Shown: positions 26,001 to 34,467 of the stretch, one piece after another | Position numbering within the stretch: position 1 is the stretch's first letter | Layout of the letters: each line of letters starts with the position of its first letter | Source: a virus | Taxonomy: Duplodnaviria; Caudoviricetes | Length of the DNA stretch: 41,786 nucleotides | Virus record (IMG/VR): IMGVR_UViG_3300048848_000259 | Coordinates: 1-41,786 of that record | Direction: 5' to 3' (one strand) | The notes under the pieces: generated by a model | Told to the model about the DNA's origin: nothing | Databases searched by the model: none | What the model saw: only the letters and a program-made list of their open reading frames with translations | Program-made: the position numbers and the translations under genes

Positions 26001-29000
26001 CCGTCAAGATAGTCGATTTCCCGGAAAATTCCAAGACTTTCTTCCAGCCGGGCCGGCGCGGTTCGATCCAAATCCCGCTCGCTGGCGCTGAAGCAAGCCC
26101 GGTTGTGATCAGCCTGTTCGAAAGCGCAGACCTTTCGACGATGGTTCACGAAACCGGCCACTATTTCCTTTACACCCTGCAGGATCTCGCTTCGCCGCCC
26201 GGCATAAGCCCGGAGATTGTCGAGATGCACACCGCTGTGAAAAAGTGGTGGCACGATAACGCCGATGCGGTAGCAGCAGACGCCAAGCTGGCGGGCGGCA
26301 TGGACGTCACCGTCGAACAGGTCCGGGCATATCTCGACAGCGCAACGTCTGGTGACGCCAACGTCGATGCGGCGATCGAAGCCGGCACGCACGAGCAGTT
26401 CGCGCGGGGCTTCGAGGCCTATCTGCTGGAAGGCAAGTCGCCCTCGGTCGAGATGCGTTCGGCCTTCGAGCGCTTCGCTCAGTGGCTCCTACGCCTGTAT
26501 CGCAGTGTCGCCGGTCTGAACGTCAGTATCTCGCCGGAACTGCGCACGGTCTTCGATCGGATGCTCGCCTCTGACAGCGAGATCGAGACAGCCCGGTCGG
26601 ATATCTCCGATGCCATGCTGTTCGCCGCATCGGAAGCGGCTGGGATATCGCCGGAAGATTACCGCCACCTGAAGAACCTGCACGACCAGGCTATGGACGA
26701 TGCCAACCGTCGGCTTCGCAAGGAAGTCATGGCGCCGATCGTGCGCGAGCGCGAGCAGTGGTTCAAAGACGAAAAGGCGAAGGTGCAGGCCGACGTTACC
26801 AAGCGCATGCAGGCTATGCCAATATACCGCGCCATTCAGGAAATGCGGTTCGGCAAGAACTTCGAAGGCGAGGACGTCGCACCGATCAAACTGGATCGGG
26901 CGATCGTTGAGGCCGAGTACGGCAGCGGCCACATTCCGTTCCTTCCTGGTGCCACCAAGAAGGGCCACGGCCACGTCATGGCGGTATTCGGAAGCAATGG
27001 TCTGCACCCCGACGTCGTGGCTGGCATGTACGGTTTCGACAGCGGTCGCACTCTGCTCGAAGAACTTGAGAACGTTCCTGCCATCAAGGACGCGATCCGC
27101 TCCGAGACCGACCGCGTGATGTCTGAGCGTCACGGCGATGTTCTGCGCGATGGCTCGATCGAGGAGGAGGCTATCGCTGCGCTTCATGGCGACAAGCGCG
27201 GCCAGTTCCTCGCGGCCGAGCTCAATGTTCTCAACCGTAAAGTTGGTGGAAAGACAACGACCAGCCAAGAGGCCCGAGAAGCCGTACGGCGCACGATGCG
27301 AACGATGAAGGTCAGAGATGCCGCAAGCCCGCGTCGCTACCTGGCAGCCGAACGCAAGGCAGCAAACGAGGCTGCGAATGCGATGGCGGCCGGGAAGATG
27401 CCAGAGGCCGCGGAGGCGAAGCGGCGCCAGCTGCTGAACTACCACTTCTTCATGGAAGCTTCGGCACGTGAGGAACAGGTGGACGCAATCGTTGACCGCA
27501 TGCAGAGGCTAAACAAGCCCGACCATCGCCTTTCGAAGAGCAGAGACATCGACTACGTGAAAGCCGCGCGCGCAATCGCCGGCCAGTTCGGGCTGGCTCG
27601 GGCTCCTTCGGAGTTCGACATGGCGACATGGCTTGAGCAGCTGAAGAACGATGATCCGACTTCCTTTGAGAACCTCACGCAGGCAATCTATGTCTTCGGT
27701 CGGGGCGGCCAGCGTTCGTACCGCGATATCACCGTCAACGAGTTCGACGAGGTGAAGGACGCGATCGAGAACATGCTGGAAACCGGCAAGCTCGCCCGTG
27801 AAGCTGAGATCGATGGCAAAAAGGTAGAGGTACAGGAACTCCGCGAAGAGCTGCTGCAAATCGCGCGCGTCCGCTCGAAGGGTCAGAATGTCGCTCTCGA
27901 GCGGAAGCTGACCCGGGCAGAAAAGGTAAAAATCAAAGCGCTCTCTCTTCTCGCGTCCCTGCGCCGTGTTGAGGCCTGGGCCCGCGATATGGATGACGGC
28001 AAGGCCGGCTCGTACGTTCGATACCTCGTTAATCCGGTCATGGATGCCGTTGGCGTCTATCGACAGGAGAAGGCCGGACGTATGCGCGAGCTACTGGACA
28101 TCATCGAGCCGCGCAAAGGTGAGCTTCTGGGCGGCGCGATCCGGGCGGCGGAGCTGGGCTACACCTTCGAGAATAAGGGTGAGCTGATCCACGCCATTCT
28201 TCACACGGGCAATGACAGCAACAAGAAAAAGCTGCTGGTCGGACGCGGATGGGAAGACGGCTGGGACGGCTTCATCGCTCGGATGCAGAACGATGGCACG
28301 GTCACGAAGGCTGACTATGACATGGTTCAGCAGATCTGGGACCTGATGGAGCGGCTAAAGCGGCCGGCACAGTCAGCGCACCGCAAGATGTTTGGCTTCT
28401 ACTTCAACGAGATCGAAGCCACGCCGGTCGAAACCAATTTCGGCACGTACCGCGGCGGCTATGTTCCGGCGATTGCTGACCGGGATGCCAGCGTCGACGG
28501 GACGTTGCGCGCTGACCAACAAGCGTTGCAGGCTCAGACGTCTTCGGCCATGTTCCCCACGACCGGACGCGGGTTTACCAAGAGCCGATCCGAAGGGTAC
28601 ACGACCCCGCTGGCGCTCGATCTGCTGATGATCCCGTCGCACATGGACAAGGTACTGCGCTTCACCCACATCCAGCCGGCAATCCAGCAGACCCAGCGGA
28701 TCGTGAACAATGTCGAGTTCAGGACGGTCATCAACGAAGTCTCGCCTGGCATCATAGAGAACATGGTCACGCCGTGGCTTCAGCGGGCCGCGCAGCAGGC
28801 GGTGGAAAGCCAGTCGACGACACCAGCCGGACGGGCGTTCTCTTCAGTCGTCAGGGAGATCCGGCGCCGCGTTGGCGTCCACACCATGTTCCTGAACATC
28901 GTGAATACGGCGCAGCAGGTCACCGGCTTTTCGTCGGCAATGGTGCTGGTGAAACCCGGCCGGCTGAAGTCTGCCCTTGTTCGCTTCAGTTCCGGTGACG

Positions 29001-29947
29001 CTGGCGACATGCGCAGCGAGGCAACCGAGTTGTCCCGCTTCATGGCGGACCGTATCGACAGTTCCAGCCGCGAGATGCAGGTCAGGATCCAGGAGGCAAT
29101 CGTCAAGCCTGGCGCGCTAGGCGTCATCCGCGAGAAAGCGGATAAGTACGGCTACATACTGCAGCAGGGCAGCCAGAACGTCGTCGATGTGATCGTGTGG
29201 CACGCGGCCTATGACCAGGCGGTGGCAGGTGGCATGGACCAGGCAGACGCGGTGAGAGAAGCCGATAGCGTTATCAGGCGCTCGATGGGGAGCTTTGCAC
29301 CTGAAGACATTTCTATGGTCGAGAGTGGGCCAGCGTTCATTCGCCTGTTCACGATGTTCTACTCCTACTTCAACGGGCAGGCGAACCTTGTCGGAGGCGA
29401 GCTTCAAACGATCATGCGGACCTATGGCTACCACGGGGCGCCGAAGATGTTTGCTGTCTACATGTTCGGCATCGCAATACCCGGAATTGTTGGCGAAGCG
29501 ATCGCGCAGGCAGCTCGCGGCGAGCTGGGCGACGACGATGACGACGACGGCTATATGGACGAGATTGCAGGTTTATTCTTCGGGGCTCAAGCGCGATACG
29601 CGTCCGGCATGGTCCCGATCGCGGGACAGGCGTTCAACGCTTTCATCAACACCTGGAACGACAAGCCATACGACGATCGGCTTTCAACCTCGGCAGCCAT
29701 CCCGGCGATCGAGCGCGTACTGAAGACGCCGGTCAGCGTCTACAATGCTGCGGTCGAAGGGAAGTCGCCGTCCAAAGCAGTCCAGGACTCGATCATTTCG
29801 CTTGGAATGATCCTCGGCATTCCCACAGGCCAGCTTGCGAAATCTGCTGGCTATGCTGGCAGTGTGGCAGAGGGCGACAGTAAGCCAGAGAACGCATTCG
29901 ATGTTCTCCAGGGCGCGATCTCGGGAAGAGACGGAACCGAGAAGTAA
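23036..29947 (+). CDS. Large ejection protein (T7 gp16 position); polyvalent protein with PBECR3-like nuclease and HExxH metallopeptidase-like domains
   Basis: 2303 aa; SAIRHILKNH...E..RG..AIT..DI..IPEIV; ADLST.VHETGHYFL...HEQFARGFEAYL.EG..P. Confidence 0.85.
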   Translation: MPTIEEYDEWKSRASQAEAAKAGVVLNVARSTNPDQFASDAKLGKAFGVAPDLAATGRDMLQGRLNTMRTSSVLKASPRTAQWLRDSDNARAAWDDVESLSWFETTARNTVRSPVELGKAFPGGATSFVGMALEGAGQLLTPTSEKDRAPMVGRIMGAKGKSEQEINQLRTDIFQQGVINPTIAQSVLSDVISGDMSPDEARAIFEPAIAAVSESLQQAGEGTQKYGQNMLPAAAGWEDSWSRTIGSGLGSMLPVIVASVLTGGVGAAAFGGAAGAGDATSRAREAGQGEGTQLKAAMAGVLPGMTDAIPIERLLNNPVTRNGLMSVLRSIGVQAAQEGTQEAAQEMMQNFISQQLYNPDKSIFNKVGENAAAGGVVGAIVEAGRLIFMSALPGRVRRMPAQAHAAQHAQDTLNQIAENSTASKLRQRLDGSFADFVGKATDGTPIQDLYVPASKLQELFQSFRHDPRDFLADLPGVDPADYDMALSTGGDVRIPTAAYASKLAGTDEDAFLRENMRFNPEAMTATEAREFNENSQAIQLQAFEEAEAIRVQQEQERSVSDREMTELVGRLRAAGRSSDVAQFEAMPVVAMRRTMAERAGLTPEEFDAKYPLPEVRRERPDGFARKGVDELSRQLAELRSYVTQPEARGPSLLEAIDSYGGIDDVGGELASRDAATVKRGRFKKSLRLSRGKVSGAIGDLLGKASGTGKKHGFDDVARAMIEAGYLQDNATANDYRHAMETGGEVPDIGRALLEAIDAELGGTKQFATTVDGNKKAQWADDTVAYLDSIGVSINDSDEAIRTALANADTAQGREFGQASLRQKLAKLRKDIGELVDYAREGKEQNRVVGFAEVSNAVADLVEQEVGADIHGFQHTVDSSAIRHILKNHADAASEARRGMVAITDADILAIPEIVSGADQIVTGAKGRRGEDLIGYLKKMEDGTTLYIEEARRGRRKLAAVSMRKYPATADSLGIAKTINPNVRDDGGNAVKIVDFPENSKTFFQPGRRGSIQIPLAGAEASPVVISLFESADLSTMVHETGHYFLYTLQDLASPPGISPEIVEMHTAVKKWWHDNADAVAADAKLAGGMDVTVEQVRAYLDSATSGDANVDAAIEAGTHEQFARGFEAYLLEGKSPSVEMRSAFERFAQWLLRLYRSVAGLNVSISPELRTVFDRMLASDSEIETARSDISDAMLFAASEAAGISPEDYRHLKNLHDQAMDDANRRLRKEVMAPIVREREQWFKDEKAKVQADVTKRMQAMPIYRAIQEMRFGKNFEGEDVAPIKLDRAIVEAEYGSGHIPFLPGATKKGHGHVMAVFGSNGLHPDVVAGMYGFDSGRTLLEELENVPAIKDAIRSETDRVMSERHGDVLRDGSIEEEAIAALHGDKRGQFLAAELNVLNRKVGGKTTTSQEAREAVRRTMRTMKVRDAASPRRYLAAERKAANEAANAMAAGKMPEAAEAKRRQLLNYHFFMEASAREEQVDAIVDRMQRLNKPDHRLSKSRDIDYVKAARAIAGQFGLARAPSEFDMATWLEQLKNDDPTSFENLTQAIYVFGRGGQRSYRDITVNEFDEVKDAIENMLETGKLAREAEIDGKKVEVQELREELLQIARVRSKGQNVALERKLTRAEKVKIKALSLLASLRRVEAWARDMDDGKAGSYVRYLVNPVMDAVGVYRQEKAGRMRELLDIIEPRKGELLGGAIRAAELGYTFENKGELIHAILHTGNDSNKKKLLVGRGWEDGWDGFIARMQNDGTVTKADYDMVQQIWDLMERLKRPAQSAHRKMFGFYFNEIEATPVETNFGTYRGGYVPAIADRDASVDGTLRADQQALQAQTSSAMFPTTGRGFTKSRSEGYTTPLALDLLMIPSHMDKVLRFTHIQPAIQQTQRIVNNVEFRTVINEVSPGIIENMVTPWLQRAAQQAVESQSTTPAGRAFSSVVREIRRRVGVHTMFLNIVNTAQQVTGFSSAMVLVKPGRLKSALVRFSSGDAGDMRSEATELSRFMADRIDSSSREMQVRIQEAIVKPGALGVIREKADKYGYILQQGSQNVVDVIVWHAAYDQAVAGGMDQADAVREADSVIRRSMGSFAPEDISMVESGPAFIRLFTMFYSYFNGQANLVGGELQTIMRTYGYHGAPKMFAVYMFGIAIPGIVGEAIAQAARGELGDDDDDDGYMDEIAGLFFGAQARYASGMVPIAGQAFNAFINTWNDKPYDDRLSTSAAIPAIERVLKTPVSVYNAAVEGKSPSKAVQDSIISLGMILGIPTGQLAKSAGYAGSVAEGDSKPENAFDVLQGAISGRDGTEK

Positions 29948-30014
29948 AGAACTCGCCGCGTCGGCGTGAGCCGAATAGCCGGCGATCAGAAACCCCCAAC
30001 AACCTGAACCTAGC

Positions 30015-30043
30015 GGGCTCCTTTTTAGGGGCCTTCTTCCTTT
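30015..30043 (+). terminator. Terminator-like hairpin before the tail fibre gene
   Basis: GGGCTCCT-TTTT-AGGGGCCT followed by TCTTCCTTT. Confidence 0.5.
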
Positions 30044-30053
30044 GAGGTATCGC

Positions 30054-31853
30054 ATGACGATCTCGAACGAAATCAGCATCTCCGGCCCGTATCTCGGAAA
30101 CGGCAAGACGACTGCATTCCCCTATGACTTCAAAATCTTCGATGCGAAGCACATGAGGGCCGTGCTGCTCGATCCGTTCTTGAACGCCGTCAACCTCGAA
30201 CTCGACAGCGAGTATGCGGTGGGGGGGGTAGGCAATGAGCAGGGCGGTGCGGTCATCATCTTCGTTCCCCCGCCGACCGGCTTCCGCGTCTTTCTCGTTC
30301 GGTCTCCGCCTTTCACACAAGAGACCGACTTGCCGAACCAGGGCCCGTATTATGCGGAGACCGTAGAGAACCGCATGGACATTACCGTCATGCAGATCCT
30401 GCGGCTGAAGCTCGATACCGACCGGGCGCACAAAGCGCCGCTGGGGCAGGCTGGCGGGGTCTTCACGGCGGAAGATATCGCTCGGGCGCAGGAATACGCG
30501 GAGCGCGCGGAAGCAGCGCTCGAAGAGGTCCTGCTGGCGCTTCTCGGTTCGGGTATCGCCAAGACGATCCACGCGGACTACCTCCGCAACGTCAACACGC
30601 GTCTGCCGAATCCGTCGGTGAGCACCAACGGCAACTTCCTCGCTGACGGGGAGATCGTCGAAGACGGCAAGATCGTGTTCCTAAGCAACCAGAACAGCCC
30701 GGTGAGCAACGGCTGGTTCCAGTACACAAAGGCGACGAACACTCTCACCCGTATCGCTGACTTCACGGACGGTGACCTGTTCGCCCAGCCTCTTCTTGCG
30801 CAGATCGATGCAGGCAACGACTTTGCCGGTGCGATCTACAGCCTTTCGTCTCCTGCGTCCGGCGTGGTTGGGTCGTCGCCTACGGTCTGGACAGATGCGC
30901 TTACCGGCGTCGGCGTACAGGTCGCGAACACGTTCGCCGCGGGTCCGGCAAAACCCTACTACGGCGCGCGCCCGTCCACTGTTCGCCGCCTCTCGCCCTA
31001 CGATACGCCGCGCTACGACAACGACATGAATGTTACGAACTTCTCGCAGTCGGTATACATGAACCTCAACAGGTTCGGTTACGCTCGAGACTATATCGCG
31101 GCGAACAACGTCTGGTCGAACGCAGCAGCGCTGAATGCAGCTCTGACCCGGCATACGACAGTTGTCTTCGACACGCCGGTTTACCTAAAGAACCAGCTGA
31201 CGCTTCAGTCCCGTCGGAGGTTGGTGTTCCTGGCTGACGTCTTCATGGACAACCCGGGCGCGTCGTTCTGTGACCTGACCGGCCTCGCGGACATCACGTT
31301 CGAGGGCAGCACTAGGATACGCTACATCAAGCGATCGAACGCCGGCATCAAGTGCATCAAGGGGACCGGTTTTCAGCGCTTCAAAGCCGAGCGGATCTTT
31401 ACTGAAGGCGTGGACATCGCTGTCAGCGTTGATGGCGCGATCATGGGCTTCGACATCGGCAGCCTTGGGGTTGGCGATCTGGCGACCGACACGCCCCTGT
31501 TTCTGAGTGAAAACCACGTCGTCGGCTCGAACGCGCGGAACAGCAACGTCGGCAAGATCGAAGGGGCCGCGCCTGTTCAGACCTTGGTCCAGAACGCGAA
31601 CTTCAACTACTACCCCTACACCTATGCCGAGACAGTGGTTCTGTCCGGCGCCATGACGACAAATCGCACCGTCGTCCTGACTATCCCGCGCAACTGCACC
31701 CACGGGAAAAAAGCGCGGCTCATCCATCAGGCCAGCGGTGGTTTCACTTGGTCGATCGGCGCGCTCACCACGATCAGCAACGGACAGTTCGCCGATATCG
31801 TCTTCGACGGTGTTACCGGCGCTTGGGTACTACTCGGAAAGGGCACGATCTAA
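30054..31853 (+). CDS. Tail fibre/tailspike
   Basis: T7-like N-terminal anchor (GPYLGNGKTTAFPYDFKIF...TQETDL.NQG.Y.AE..E..MD), short beta-helix-like region, fibre-type C-terminal domain; GAGG RBS. Confidence 0.85.
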   Translation: MTISNEISISGPYLGNGKTTAFPYDFKIFDAKHMRAVLLDPFLNAVNLELDSEYAVGGVGNEQGGAVIIFVPPPTGFRVFLVRSPPFTQETDLPNQGPYYAETVENRMDITVMQILRLKLDTDRAHKAPLGQAGGVFTAEDIARAQEYAERAEAALEEVLLALLGSGIAKTIHADYLRNVNTRLPNPSVSTNGNFLADGEIVEDGKIVFLSNQNSPVSNGWFQYTKATNTLTRIADFTDGDLFAQPLLAQIDAGNDFAGAIYSLSSPASGVVGSSPTVWTDALTGVGVQVANTFAAGPAKPYYGARPSTVRRLSPYDTPRYDNDMNVTNFSQSVYMNLNRFGYARDYIAANNVWSNAAALNAALTRHTTVVFDTPVYLKNQLTLQSRRRLVFLADVFMDNPGASFCDLTGLADITFEGSTRIRYIKRSNAGIKCIKGTGFQRFKAERIFTEGVDIAVSVDGAIMGFDIGSLGVGDLATDTPLFLSENHVVGSNARNSNVGKIEGAAPVQTLVQNANFNYYPYTYAETVVLSGAMTTNRTVVLTIPRNCTHGKKARLIHQASGGFTWSIGALTTISNGQFADIVFDGVTGAWVLLGKGTI

Positions 31854-33371
31854 ATGGCTACTGAAACCTACGATGCCGTTGGCTACGGCAACACCGCTGC
31901 GGCAGTCTTTTCGGCTTGTGCGAAGGTCGCAGGCGGCGCGCAGAAGGTTGCGCTGGTGACGCCTCAAACCCATTTTGGCGGTATCCTTTCCAACGGTCTG
32001 GGTTCGATCGACATCGGGCGCTACGGTACCCGTGGGATTGGGTTCATGTCGGATGAGTTCTTCCGTCGCCTTGCGTCCTACTCCGGGTCGCGCCTCAGGC
32101 TCGGACGAAACTCACCGTCGAACATCGAGATGGCCCTTAACTCGATGCTGAAAGACTATGGCGTCATTGCTCGAACCGGCTATCAGCTAGCGTCGGTTTT
32201 GAAGACGGGCACGGTTCTCAATTCCTTCACCGCCACCGACGGCACAGTGTTTGCCGGATCGCAGTTCAGCGATGAAACAGAAGATGGCGATCTCGCAAAA
32301 GCGGCTGGCGTCACGATGCGCGTTGGCCGAGAAAGCCAAGCTGAATACGGCGAGTCACTTGCTGGTTTCTACCCTAACCCTGATACGTTCGTCCCGCTGG
32401 ATTGCTATGATGGCAACGGGAACATCATCTACGGGTTCAGCCCGTATCCTGCGACAGCGTTCGGTGACGCCGACGGCGGCGTCCAGTCCTACGGCTTCCG
32501 GCTCTGCATCACGCAGGATGTGGAAAACAAGAAGGCGTGGCCGAAGCCAGCCGGTTATGACCCGTCTCTGTTCGAGTATTTGCGCAGGATCAACGAACGG
32601 AACTTGCAGAACCCCAGTTGGAAGCCCTTCGGCGCTGCCGCTTGCGTCGACGGCAAGTTCGACATGAACGCTGACTTCGGCATCCCGCGCCAGTGGGAAT
32701 GGCCTGACGCAACACCAGCCCGCCGAGCGGAGATTTTGCAACTGATCTATGCGGAGCAGGCCGGCTGGTTGTGGTTCCTCGCGAACGATGCATCGGTCCA
32801 CCCGGACGTCCGGAGCTACGTAAACTCTTGGGGGCCGTGCCTGGATGAGCTGGTCGACAGTAGCGTGTCCGCCTCTGGATGGCCCAGTGAACCCTATGTC
32901 CGTACCTCTCGGCGAATGGTCGGCCAATACGTTCAGAAGCAGTCTGACGTGCAGGTGAACATCACCAAGACAGACTCAATCGCAGTGGGCTTCTACTCGA
33001 TCGACATCCACATCAACCGCCGCCTCGCCTACCAGAAAGACGGCGTGCCGGGCTTTATCATTGATAGCGTCGGCTACTCCGAAGACGGTGATGCCCGTCA
33101 GGTTCAACCCTACCAGATCCCGCTGCGCTGCATCCTCCCGCAAGCTGCCGACTGCAGCAATCTCGTTGTCGGCGTGGCGTCCAGCTACTCCTCGGTCGCG
33201 ATGGGGTCGGGCAGGATTGATATCCACAAGGCGAACCAGGCCGCCGCCGGTGGCTTCCTGCAGGGGCGCTGCATTGCCACGGGACAGGCTCTCAACGCCT
33301 ACAGCGTACCGGACTTGCAGAGCCGTTTGGTCGCGCTCGGACAGGTCATCTCCTACACCCCTCCATCCTAA
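31854..33371 (+). CDS. FAD-dependent oxidoreductase homolog (FAD_oxidored-like) with degenerate motifs
   Basis: GDLA.AAGV...VGRE...EYGESLAG, VQSY.FRLC.T, KP.GYDP, WP...YVR..RRMVG and PYQIP.R..LP...CSNLVV motifs. Confidence 0.8.
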   Translation: MATETYDAVGYGNTAAAVFSACAKVAGGAQKVALVTPQTHFGGILSNGLGSIDIGRYGTRGIGFMSDEFFRRLASYSGSRLRLGRNSPSNIEMALNSMLKDYGVIARTGYQLASVLKTGTVLNSFTATDGTVFAGSQFSDETEDGDLAKAAGVTMRVGRESQAEYGESLAGFYPNPDTFVPLDCYDGNGNIIYGFSPYPATAFGDADGGVQSYGFRLCITQDVENKKAWPKPAGYDPSLFEYLRRINERNLQNPSWKPFGAAACVDGKFDMNADFGIPRQWEWPDATPARRAEILQLIYAEQAGWLWFLANDASVHPDVRSYVNSWGPCLDELVDSSVSASGWPSEPYVRTSRRMVGQYVQKQSDVQVNITKTDSIAVGFYSIDIHINRRLAYQKDGVPGFIIDSVGYSEDGDARQVQPYQIPLRCILPQAADCSNLVVGVASSYSSVAMGSGRIDIHKANQAAAGGFLQGRCIATGQALNAYSVPDLQSRLVALGQVISYTPPS

Positions 33372-33381
33372 GGAGCATACG

Positions 33382-33528
33382 ATGGCAATCAAGACGGAAC
33401 ACGCCGGCGCCAAGAATGGCGGCGGCTTCTGGGGAACGCGCGCCGACGCGAAGCAGGTCTCGAACAAGCTTCGCAGAGACTGCGCCAAAGCCGAAACATC
33501 AGAAGGGATGGAAGATCATGAAGAGTAA
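33382..33528 (+). CDS. Small protein with basic N-terminal part (48 aa, MAIKTEHAGAKNGGGFWG...)
   Basis: AAGGAG RBS; fills the gap between neighbours and overlaps the next gene. Confidence 0.7.
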   Translation: MAIKTEHAGAKNGGGFWGTRADAKQVSNKLRRDCAKAETSEGMEDHEE

Positions 33529-33946
33529 CGAGATCCTTGCATACATCAAGACGAACCCGCTTTTGTTCCCCGTACCTATGACAGATCAGCAGGGCGAGGA
33601 CGTCCTCGAGCTACTCGCCATTTGCCGAACGAAGGGTGTCACTAGCCAGCGCCAGACCGCGTACATCCTGGCGACGGCGCTAGTCGATGCTGACATGGCG
33701 CTGCCGACGGAAACGCTCGACGCCATTATTGATGGGCGGGCAACGGGCCATTCACTGTCCGAGTTCTTCTCCGACGAAACGACTGACTGGCTGGGTGCGC
33801 GAGCTGTCGTGACATCGAGCATGGCAGACGCAGAGATGGTCGCGATTAAAGCGTCCGCTTTCTATGCGGTCGTTAAGCGCGCAGCGTTCGAGCTGGAAGC
33901 CGGCGCGTATGTTGATGATGATCCGCAGGGTATTGGTCTAGCCTAA
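33518..33946 (+). CDS. GH19-like endolysin homolog lacking the catalytic segment
   Basis: RQTAYILATA and DG..TG.SLSEFF....TDW..AR.VV flanks present; HET and GRG.VQLT absent. Confidence 0.6.
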   Translation: MKSNEILAYIKTNPLLFPVPMTDQQGEDVLELLAICRTKGVTSQRQTAYILATALVDADMALPTETLDAIIDGRATGHSLSEFFSDETTDWLGARAVVTSSMADAEMVAIKASAFYAVVKRAAFELEAGAYVDDDPQGIGLA

Positions 33947-33953
33947 AGGTAGT

Positions 33954-34243
33954 GAGGCTCGGCGCTAACTGTAGGGAATTGGAGACCCAACGCCGAGCCT
34001 CTGCCACGATACCTATCAAGATCTACGTGACGACCCGACGATACTCGCCCCGAGAATGATTCGCTAGCGTACTGCAACACCGGGCGGCTGGAGCAGGGGT
34101 ACTGCTCCAGCGACGGGGACTTGTTTCGAGCAAAGGACCCGTCAGACAGGAAGGGAAGTTACTGTCACACCCGAACCCCTAGGGGCGGGCGTATGTGACC
34201 AGCAACGGATTGAGAAAGCAAGGGCAAGTGGACGCTTGCCTTT
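33954..34243. ncRNA. Candidate structured RNA (tandem hairpins)
   Basis: At least five inverted repeats in ~290 nt, including perfect 11-bp and 10-bp stems; no credible ORF. Confidence 0.4.
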
Positions 34244-34251
34244 AGCCGGGC

Positions 34252-34338
34252 TCACCAGTGGGCAAGAAAATCAATCGCAACCACACCGATCAGAGCGAAC
34301 GCTGCCAGGGTAGCGACTGTGGTGGAGAGGTGCTTCAT
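34252..34338 (-). CDS. 28-aa single-TM peptide MKHLSTTVATLAAFALIGVVAIDFLAHW
   Basis: Perfect SD AAGGAGG 5 nt before ATG; hydrophobic helix; not in the ORF track. Confidence 0.7.
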   Translation of the reverse strand: MKHLSTTVATLAAFALIGVVAIDFLAHW

Positions 34339-34359
34339 CGTGTCCTCCTTTTGATTCTA

Positions 34360-34384
34360 AAGGATCTGCACGACTGCATGTTCC
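34360..34384 (-). promoter_or_regulatory. Putative general-stress sigma (RpoE2/EcfG) promoter
   Basis: GGAAC-N18-TT ending 21 nt upstream of the peptide ATG. Confidence 0.45.
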
Positions 34385-34467
34385 TGCCGGCGCGATGTCA
34401 GCGTTAAAACTTTTGTAAAATGCCACCGCCACCGTTCTGAAACGTGGCAACCCCAAGGACAATCAAC

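Noticed and set aside
33061-33381. 155-aa ORF overlapping the oxidoreductase-like gene
   Set aside because: Only the last 48 codons have an RBS and protein-like sequence
30054-34443. Diversity-generating retroelement, expected by analogy to BPP-1
   Set aside because: No reverse transcriptase ORF, and I could not find a template repeat matching the 3' end of the fibre or oxidoreductase-like gene by eye
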